64,000 nucleotides of DNA from Yuukianura sp. NJ FZ-2021 (lineage: Eukaryota): positions 5,642,001 through 5,706,000 of the forward strand of contig CM102290.1 of NCBI GenBank assembly GCA_046563655.1, given 5' to 3'. The translations under genes were made by a program, and so were the position numbers. Below are positions 54,301-64,000 of this stretch, piece after piece (positions within the stretch are counted from its first letter, which is position 1; each line of letters starts with the position of its first letter). The notes beneath the pieces are model-generated. The model ran no database searches. It saw only the letters and a program-made list of their open reading frames with translations, and was not told the DNA's origin.

Positions 54301-57300
54301 AGACATTTTCTTTATGCGAACAGCAGAGGATTTTAGCGGGAAAGACGGAGAGCTTCTTTTTGTTGAGTACTGTGAAGAACATCCACCACTTCTGAATCAG
54401 GTACTATGGAAAAACATGGCTGTGCTTTGTATTCTTGTGCTTTTTGATTGGTTTGACTAGTTTCTAATTTAGTTTGTTTGGTGTATTAGGTTGGAATGTG
54501 TTCAAAAATTAAGAATTATTACAAGAAAAAGACGGGGAAGGATGATGGGCCGGATGACCAGAAGTACGGTGAAACTGTGATTGCTCATACGTCGCCTTTT
54601 CTTGGAGCAATGCATCCTGGTCAGATGATTCAAACCATTGAAAACAACATGTATCGGTCAGCCATCTTCACTCACGATGTCCGACCCACCGACTTTCTCG
54701 TCATTCGCACAAGGTTTTAGTGAATTTGAACTTCAAATCTTTCAGTTGAACTAAATTTCAGTCCAATTTGTTTGTTTCTTTCAGGAACAATTTCTTCATT
54801 AGAACTTTCGACACAATCTTCACTGCTGCTCAACAGTGTCCCCTCTATGAAGTTCCTGGACCAAATTCTAAGCGGGCCAACAACTTTGTGAGAGACTTCC
54901 TTCAAGTAAGTCCCACTTTCTACCAGGGTTCGAAGGCTGTAACTTACGTCCTGTAACTTACGTAACTTAGGTACGTACGTAAGTTACGTAATTTTCAGAG
55001 GGGTTGTAATTTTCGAAATTTTCATTCTTTTGAATTTTACGCGGTAGGGAGACAGCGTAGGAGTCAGGGGAGCGGGAGAAGTCCAAAATAACAAAAGAGC
55101 AGTGATTTAGATGATTATTTTTTCGGTTTTCTCTCGAGCAGTCTGCTCGAGAAATACCAGGATATTCTTCGAGCAGTCTGCTCGAGAAATACCAGGATAA
55201 TTCTCGAGCAGTCTGCTCGAAAAATACTAGGATAATTCTCGAGCAGTCTGCTCGAAAAATACCAGGATAATTCTCGAGCAGTCTGCTCGAGAAATACCAG
55301 GATATTCTTCGTAGCTTTTCTTTCTGTTGTTTTAACTGGCTGTTATTGAAATGCCACGAGTCAGAGATCCGATTTGGAACGATTTTGACCTTGAACCAAA
55401 CCCGGGCAGTAAGATCCCCTGGGCAAATTGTAAGTTGTGTGATTGGAGACATGCAGGAATCCCGGACAGGATGAAATCACACTTACAGAAACATCAAAAC
55501 GTTGGCAAAGACTCCGAATCAATTGGGCCAAGTACTTCATGTTCACTTTAATATTTTCAGAGTCTAATTGTTGAGAGCGAGCGCGAGCCTGAGGAAGAGT
55601 TAGATGTGATGGCAGTGGAATAATTAGTGTTATGTTTCTCGAACTATTTGTGTTAGTTGCGTTAAGTGTGTTAGTTTAGTCTTAAAAATAAAATAGTAGT
55701 AAATATTGTCTACCGCAGTAAATTTCTATCAGGCCTTGGTTTGATTTTTAACGCAATTAGATAGTAGATATTAATACTTTATGGTTTGGGGATGGGAGTG
55801 GGGTGCAGGCGGCTTGTTTTGAAAATTACAATCTTACGTAGATTACGTAAGTTACGATAATTACGTAAGTTACGTAGTTTTCGGCAAAAATACCGTAAGT
55901 TTCGAACCCTGCTTTCTACTACTTAATACTATGCTAACCTAGATATTAAGATAATATTTTCTTCATATTTGGGTTGTAGGTGTTTATCTACCGATTGTTT
56001 TGGAGTAGCCGTGACACGCCAAACAGGAGGATTCGAATGGACGACATCAAGCGAGCATTCCCAATGCACTCCGAAAGCAGCATCAGGAAAAGACTCAAGT
56101 TGTGTGCCGACTTCAAACGAACAGGCGCAGACTCCAACTGGTGGGTCATCAAGGTAATTGTGAACTTATCAACTTCTAACCATGGTTTTAGTACTTTTGT
56201 TTTAGTTTTTAGTACTTTTAGATACTAACATCTTACTGTTTTTAATTGTAGCCCGAGTTTCGGTTGCCGACAGAAGAGGAAATTAGAGCCATGGTGTCTC
56301 CGGAACAGTGCTGTGCCTATTTCAGCCTCGTTGCTGCTGAACAACGGCTCAAAGTACGCTAGTAGTACTGTAACTTTGTTAATTTGTGCATGTTGAGACT
56401 GTGATTCTGTTTTGCAGGATGCTGGTTATGGAACTCAAAGTATTTTAGCACCTCTGCCAGAGGATGAAGATGAGAATGAGGAAAAGAAGCTGGATGACGA
56501 GGTGAAGGTGGCCCCTTGGAATACAACCAGAGCCTACATCCAGGCCATCAAAGGGAAATGTATCCTCCAGATCAATGGACCTGCAGATCCCACAGGTCAC
56601 AAGCCTCCGCCGTTTTCACAAGTCTCACTTTACCCCTAATTTGGACAAATGTTTTGGAAATAGGTTGCGGTGAGGGCTTTTCCTACGTGAGGATGCCAAA
56701 CAAGCCTCAGGTGAGTTTTGAAACACTCAATTTCTGCGAAACATTGAGTTTGAAGAGTCTTTTTCTGTGTAGACGACCGTCGAGGAGAAGGAAACACAAC
56801 CGAAGAGAATCGTGACGGGAACAGATGCTGATCTGCGTAGACTGTCATTGAACAATGCCAAAGCTTTACTTCGCAAATTCGATGTTCCGGAGGAAGAGGT
56901 TAGATGACATGTTTGCAGATTTAGATGGCATAATACACTTAAGAAATTTTTCTGTTTTGAAAAAATTTTGAAAAATTTTCATGACCAGATCCAAAAGCTG
57001 TCTCGGTGGGAAGTCATTGACGTTGTGAGAACTTTGTCGACGGAGAAAGCCAAAGCCGGGGAGGAGGGCATGAACAAATTTTCTAGAGGAAATCGGTTTT
57101 CAGTAGCTGAACATCAAGAGCGGTATGTACTTAAACCCTTTAAATGTTTATATTATATGATTATTATTATATATTTTATATATTATTAAATTGTTTTATC
57201 CCTTTAGGTACAAAGAAGAGTGTCAGAGGATATTTGAGCTGCAGAATCGTGTTCTGCAGTCAAGCGAAGTTCTGTCAACTGATGAAGGTGAAAGCACTGA

Positions 57301-60300
57301 AGAGGAAGACGACATTGAGGACATTGAAGAAATGGGGAAAAACATTGAAAAAATGTTGTCGAACAAGAAGACAAGCTCGCAGGTACGGAAATTGCCTTAT
57401 TGGATATGTTTTTTATAATTTGGAGATGACTTGGATTTTCCTTAATGTCGTTTACAGCTAAGTCATGAGAAGGAGGAAGCAGAGCGGAGAGAATTGCAGA
57501 GAATGTTAATGGGAGAGGGTAAGGACGATAAGGACGACGACAAGAGTCCGCGCAAGAAGAAAAAAGACCAAGCAAAGATTGACGAAGACAACAAGAACCT
57601 CCATGGACTTTCACTTCACCCGGGTATGCTATGAATGTTCGATATTGTTGGGGTATTGTGAGACTCTGGTAATAGTGAGCTAGTAAGGAAACCACTATCA
57701 TCCGAAGTTAACCGGTGAACGAGAATACTTCATTTCATCGTTTTCAAAGTTTTCGGTATAACTAGTACGCCTTTTTGGTTTACTAAAAAAGTTAGCCGTG
57801 TATGCAAGTTTTGGAGGAGTGTCTTACAACACCCCAATTATTCTGTAGTTATTGGTATCGGTAGGGGCACTATGAGATTCATTTTGCTTAGTATTGTGTA
57901 CAATATTATTAATTGTTATTATATGATATTATTATGTATTAATTATTAATTTGTTGAACAGGTCGTGTGCTAAAGATTCAGAGAAAGTACAGAAATGCGG
58001 AGGGGAAGGAGTTCACAAGGAATGAAATCGTTCGGAAGTCGCATATCATTGACATCTACATGAGAATCCGCACAACGAAGGATGAGCAGTTTATTCGTCA
58101 GTTTGCTTTACTGGATGAACAGACGAAGGAGGAAATGAAAAAAGAAAAACGGCGTATACAGGAGCAGCTAAGACGCATCAAAAAGAATCAAGAAAAAGAT
58201 CACAGTTCCAAACCACCTCCACAGAGGAAGAAAAAAGTCAAAATGAAACCCGAACTTAAAATGAAGTGCGGTGCATGCGGCCAGGTTCGTGGAAATTCTG
58301 CTTTTTATAACGTTTTGATGCATAAGAATGAAACTTATGTTTTTTAACTTTAATAGGTTGGACACATGAGAACGAACAAAGCATGTCCGTACTACGAGAA
58401 GAACAACGAAGTGGTTCCATCTATGAATGTGGCCATGACAGAGGAAGAGGAGGTTGCAATTAAGCAGCAACTAAATGAGGACAACGAGGAACTGGTCAAG
58501 GTGGATGGGACCAAGGTGCAACTTTCTACTAAGCTTCTTAAGGTAACAACTTTCCTCATTTTTACACTGTAGTTTAAGTTTTAACTCCAACTGTTTGTTG
58601 ATTACTAAAAAATAGCATGCTGAGGACATCAAGCGACGAACACTGCTGCTAAAAGTTCCGAAAGATGCTGTCGCTGGTTCTAGTAAGGTCAAGAAGAAGA
58701 AGAATCTCGGCGTTGACCAACAGTGTGACTATTTTGAGGGGAAGACAAAGATGGTCAATAGGAAGAGAATCGATCCGCAGGTTATTCTGACCAACTTGTT
58801 TGAAGAGATTATCCAGAACCTCCGCAATCATCCAGACAGCAGTCACTTTCACTTTCCAGTGAGCCAAAAGGTTAGTGGATTACTCAAAGTTCAAATTCTT
58901 CAATTTTTAACTGTGTCTCACAATGCCCCAGGTTCCTCGCTACTATGAACTGGTCACAAAGCCAATGGATCTCCAGACGATGCGGGAAAAAAATCGACAG
59001 AACTCGTACCAAACTAGGACAGATTTCTATGAAGATTTAAAGTTACTCGTGGATAACTCCAGTCTCTACAACGGTGACTCTTTGCAACCATATGATCACT
59101 TTTTTTTTAAGTTTTACTTACAATTGTTAATCACGGCTTCTTTCTTTTCTTTTCAGGAGAAAACCATGCAGTCACGGGTTTTGCTCTCAAGCTGTTCGAA
59201 GTAGCGGAATCTAAACTACGAGAAAACGAAGCCAAAGTTTGGAAACTGGAGAAACAAATTAATCCACTGTTGGATGAAAATGACAAGGTTAGTTTGTATG
59301 GTCATCACTTGCCTTATTAGTGCACAGATCGTGTTAATCAATGATTTTCTGGATTCTGATTTCCGAATTGTTGCAGAGGAGATTAGCGTATATCTTGACA
59401 CAAATAATAGAAAAAGTCAAAGTGATTCCAGAGGCATTGGTGTTCCTGAAACCGGTGAATAGGAAGGCAGTGAAGAACTATTATGATCTCATAACGAATC
59501 CAATGGATCTGGAGACCATAGAACAGCGAATCCATGGTATGTAATGCACTTATGGTGGTGATGCTAAACTGAAACTTAATTTGGCTTTCAATTTGAAGGT
59601 GGTAGGTACAAAAGTCGATACGAGCTGACCGGTAAGTCATTCACTCCACTAAATAATTGTATTTCACTGGCTTCTGTTAACTGTAGCCTTGGTTACAGCC
59701 GATATCCAGCTAATCCATACGAACGCCAACACATTCAATGGACCCGACCACTCCATCACGAAACGAGCTCTCTACGTCCTGGACTATACTCGTGCACTAA
59801 TGAAGGAATTTGACAATACGCTGTCAGTGCTTGAAGAGAACATTCAGAGAAACCATTATGACGACGACGATGACTACGACCGTGGATCTACTGGAACAGG
59901 AACGCAGTTTGGCTCGTATTACACAGAATCAGCAGTAACATATATTCATTAATTGAAACGTTTTTGACAGAATTCAAATTTTTAATTGAAACTTGTGGTT
60001 TCAGAACGGAAGTGGAGAGGAGGATGAACCACTGGCTAAAAGAACTCGTCGAGTGTCCAACTACTATGGCCCTGTAAGTGAAGAAGAGGATGATGAGCAG
60101 TTTGTTTACATGCGATCAGCACCTAACGAGATTGAAGATGTCAAACCTACGAGAAAGCATCAAGATGAAGCAGTGGAGGCAATGCTCAATTTGAGCAGTG
60201 CAGGGGCAAGCACCAGCCGAACCTTTGGTAAATTTCTGTACAGTTTTTCTTACGTTTTTGGAAGGATTTTTTACATTTTTGATTATTTTTTGTGATTTTG

Positions 60301-60415
60301 CACAGGGTTCAGCGAATCCAGTTCCCGTTCTCGCCAAATCAAGGCTGAAGTGAGCGACTCGAACAACGAAGATGAAGAAGGAGAAATCCATGACGACGAT
60401 GAGTACACCCAGTGA
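51369..60415 (+). CDS. Taf1: TFIID subunit TAF1 (TAF250), multi-exon
   Basis: TAND motif [10 protein letters not shown] and [12 protein letters not shown]. Central domain with [35 protein letters not shown] and APWNTT. Zn knuckle [17 protein letters not shown], two bromodomains and an acidic tail. Confidence 0.97.
53203..53414. mobile_element. Foldback/palindromic MITE in a TAF1 intron
   Basis: ~70-bp arms aaaccttgg..tttttctactgaacgattagcg..ccaacgtttttgcaaaaatctca / tgagatttttgcaaagacgttgg..cgctaatcgctcagtagaaaaac..caaggttt. Confidence 0.85.
54924..55911 (+). mobile_element. Internally deleted hAT transposon with BED-finger remnant
   Basis: TIR cagggttcgaa / ttcgaaccctg with perfect TSD CTTTCTAC. 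ORF 55351-55551 reads [12 protein letters not shown]...ANCKLC...[10 protein letters not shown]. Subterminal ttacgtaa repeats. Confidence 0.92.
55132..55308. repeat. ~36-bp tandem repeat with palindromic core (5 copies) inside the hAT element
   Basis: Units tctcgagcagtctgctcgagaaataccaggata; the core ctcgagcag-t-ctgctcgag is a perfect hairpin. Confidence 0.92.
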
Positions 60416-60648
60416 ACATGAAGCGGTTGTTGCATTTGCCCACTTTTCGTCCAACACAAATAGTTTAGGCCCTAAGGAACCTCAAAAGATTACGAACAAT
60501 TGAATATTCTACTATATTTTATACATTTTTATTGTTTGCTCCACAAATGAAAAAAAAAGTATTATTTATGAACGAAAATACTCCGTGTAACAATTGCTGC
60601 TATTAAATAGTCCACAAATCTTCAACTTTGAGTAAACTCCTTGTTTTC

Positions 60649-61976
60649 TCAATGCCCTTCCTTGTTGTCTCCCAGAAGCATTGTAACTAGCATATTGAGC
60701 AGCATGTTGAGAAGGACAAGGCGTGTATCTTTTTCTACAAAGAGGGCATGCGTCAGTTGACACCGCAGTGGACGGCACGATCTGAGGAAGCAATCCATGT
60801 AACGTTTGTGGAACCGTCCGGCCTCAGTGTCCAACTTTTTAGCAATCGCTGTCATGTAGTTCCTGTTGTAATTTTCTCTGACTTTGGATGAGTTTTCATG
60901 GACCAAAGCCATCCGATCCACAGCAAACTGATGTTCAACGAACAGAAACGAAGCCAATCCGGGTAGAAGTGAGAAGACAATGAGTGACAGACGTCCGTAG
61001 AGTCGAATCGTTCCGTACGTGCAGACGACCACGCAGATTTCAATGAGCGATTTGAAGACGGGGATGACAAGAGATGCAAAGGACGTGTTGTAGAGGACGT
61101 TGAGGAGGGCCAGAGGACGGTAAAGACGAATGTCTTCCTCAGCTTTGCCGAAACTCTCCTGGGTCAAGGTCACGGGCCACTCCATGCTGCAAGAAGAAAG
61201 TAAAATCAGTTGGAGTTTTCAAAATTTCCAAACAAAAAGTCGTTCTTACCAAACTTTTTTGACCCAGAAGTTTGTAGAGACAATGTAGAAGAATCCAAAG
61301 AGGATGACGAAGAGATGAAACACCATGACTTTGTACGCCAAAAACGCCTCTATACCAAAAAACAAAAATTGAATCCACGCAGTTCTATCCTCCACAGGCA
61401 CAGCAGAGTAAAGGAAATGAGTATTTCCTGGTGTGGCCAGAAACAGCGCTGCAATTGTACAAGCCACTCCGTTGATCCAGCGGTGTAAAAATCTGATAAC
61501 GTTTTCTCTCACGTTGGAGATGTGGTAGGTGCGGTCCAAATATGCTTTTCCTAAAAATCAAAAACAAAAAAGTTCAAATAAAAAAAAACTTGATTAGAAT
61601 TGTGATTTTAGTTAAGCATTTGAGAACCTTCATCCATGTTGAACGCCTTCAGTTGATTGAACAGTGTAGACATTTCCGTTGTGTAGATAAACATGTGCAG
61701 ATGAAATGAAATGTACAGAAGGTGGCAAATGATGGCAAAGGCATGGAATGGAAACGTATTCAGAGTGTACCCACCTCCAAATCGTTTCGAAAGTCGAAGT
61801 GAGATGAAGACAAAGTAAGCACACGAGAACAGAAAGTTGGCAGTGACCAGGACCCGTTTGACCTTTGACTTTGTTGGCGACAGGCGTCCGTTTTTCCAGT
61901 CAAACGGAAACGAAAAGCTTGTCGACACAATTCTAGCATATTGCTCAACCAAGTCCATTTCACGTTTCGTAAGCAT
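60649..61976 (-). CDS. Divergent 7TM chemoreceptor (gustatory/odorant receptor superfamily-like), 3 exons
   Basis: About 400 aa with multiple hydrophobic segments. The C-terminal RSCRPLRCQL..ALFVEKDTRLVLLNMLLNMLVTMLL resembles the TM7 region of arthropod GR/OR-like proteins. Confidence 0.7.
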
Positions 61977-64000
61977 TTTCAACTTTTCGTTTTGGAAAGG
62001 TAGAGTTTTTTAGAAAACTAAACGTGTTTAGTATGGAAAACTGAGGATGTACTCCGTATTTAAACAACAAACTGCCAATTGCAAATCAACTCTGAACATG
62101 AACCAAATATTGGAAAACTGTTGGGGGACATCTTGAACGAGGTGTGAAAATCTAAATTAATCTTAAAACCTTGCTTTACCGTTTTTGCCTTGTGTGAAAA
62201 AAAAGTTCTTAAGATTAAGCTCATGTTTTGATCAAGATCAAAATTTCGACATGTTTTTGAGAATTGATAATCAAAACTAACCGACAGAGATCCAATAGTT
62301 ATACGAAATTATCGTAACTTCATCTAAAAATTACAACCGTGCTAATGAAAAATGTTTAAAATAAAACGAAAACTGAAAAAGTCAGGTCAAACGAGGAAGG
62401 CAAACTCCAGCTCATACAACAAAACGATATTAGAATTAGTTTCTATTTTTAAATCTTAGTAACATAACTTATATTTTATTTTAAACATTTGCGCCATGGC
62501 TTTTTCAGATGATATTTTTGATACGTTGGATAAAATTTAAATTCTAGCGACATGGAATACGGCAACACACACGAAGCCAACTACATAGTTTACAAAAATC
62601 GCGCTTTTGTATTATATACTCTTATTAGTCATCCGTAAAATTTCGAAACTAAAAATTTGAAACCAGTTTCATAAAAAAAACCTTGTTGCATTTAAAACAT
62701 TGATATGCTGGAAAATATAAGTTTTGACTGCAGCCCATGCGCCGGAATTAGGCAGAACAAACATTGACTATTAAAACTTTGGCATTGCACATGCCCTCAC
62801 CCGCAGTCCCGGTTCGGATCGACCAATCAAGACTCTGAATGGTCGCTCTTTCAACGAATCAGGACTCTGATTGGTCGAATACCGACGACTTCTAAGTGTT
62901 CCGACCACATTTCCAATCTGAATGACGACGAAGAGTAAAAATCTGGTGACCTTTGACCTTTTACATTCCTCCAGGTTTCGGTACGGTCGTGTCGTAAGTT
63001 CGAATCAGCTCCGACTGGGTCATGACCCCATGCTCCTCTTGAGAAAACGCATAGCCATCTACAACACAAAATCACAATTTAGTATTCATTTGTTCCAGAA
63101 TTTCAAAACTTTGTTTTCTAAACAAGTTGTTTTTCTAAAAAGTGATTTCTAACGATGTGAAAACATTTAATTGAAACAGATTCAAGGCGTGACTTCCAGA
63201 ACTCAAAAATGAGTTACATTTTTCCTGTTTTTGGAAAAGTTACATTTTCAAAAATTTGGTTTTTGAAGACTTACGGGACAATTCCACTTCCTGAGCGTGT
63301 TCGTCAACGTGCCGTCTAATAAATACGCTTCTTACATTTCGTAACAAACGTGCTGTTTCACTCAACCTGAGCGATTTTCATTGAAAAAAAAATCAAAATT
63401 CACATTTACACTTTCGGAATCAAAAAAAAATCTACACAGGGATGAATTTTGATGAAGTTCGAAATCCATTTCTAAAAATTCAGTTTAAAAAAAATCAAAA
63501 TCCTAAAATCAAGTTATAAGGACAAACGTTTTGATCGTAATTAAAAATAATAGGCTTGTGTCAGTTAGTACAAAAACTCGAAAAATGTTAGGGGATTAAA
63601 AATTGAAAAGCAAAGAGGTTAAATTTCAAATTGAAAGAAAATGTAGCTGGCAACCAAAAAATATAATATACGCGAGAAAATATGGAAAAAATATGAAACA
63701 ACAACGATCACACAACTGCACAAGCTTTCACAGGTTTGCTCAGTCGCAATTCAGCTTTAAAATTCAAACTTCCGGACAGCATCGGGCTGCCTTAAACACT
63801 TCTCGGTTTTTTTTGTGTGTGTTCCCAATAGAAATCCCTACTAATGTCACATACCACTGAAGGTCAAAGGTCATGAAAACATGCAAAAGTGGAAAAGCCA
63901 CTCTGAAGCTAAGAGGTCAAGACAGAAGTTTGGATGGCCGCTCAAAACTGTTTCAATGGAAACAACGTTTCAACATCAGCTAAACTACTAAATACATCCA

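Noticed and set aside
55132..55308. Palindromic direct repeats resembling a CRISPR array
   Set aside because: The intervening sequences are near-identical rather than unique spacers, the array lies inside a hAT element in a eukaryotic intron, and there are no cas genes.

Overview
Compact, intron-rich animal (arthropod) genomic DNA. The short introns, dense TIR/MITE insertions and divergent 7TM chemoreceptor suggest a basal hexapod such as a springtail; this is inference only. Spliced genes in order: Rab30 (-), OCA2/P-protein (+), ankyrin-SOCS box/stops-like (-), a highly divergent SMC3 paralog (-), CUEDC2 (-), a BTB locus (+), an orphan secreted protein (-), NFATC2IP/Rad60-like (-), Mad/Smad1 (+), MTUS/toucan-like coiled-coil (+), chitin deacetylase Cda4 (+), NDUFC2 (-), TAF1 (+) and a gustatory/odorant receptor-like gene (-). 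Introns carry several hAT-type MITEs with 8-bp TSDs, an internally deleted hAT element and minisatellites. Two results stand out. (1) An apparently inverted mod(mdg4)/lola-like locus, in which transposase-type DNA-binding exons (FLYWCH and BED/CGGBP1-like) lie 5' of a tramtrack-type BTB exon that has no start codon of its own and no downstream finger, with compatible splice phases. (2) A full-length, apparently ATPase-intact SMC3 paralog that lacks the Eco1 acetylation KK motif. All exon structures were inferred by eye from splice signals and reading frames.
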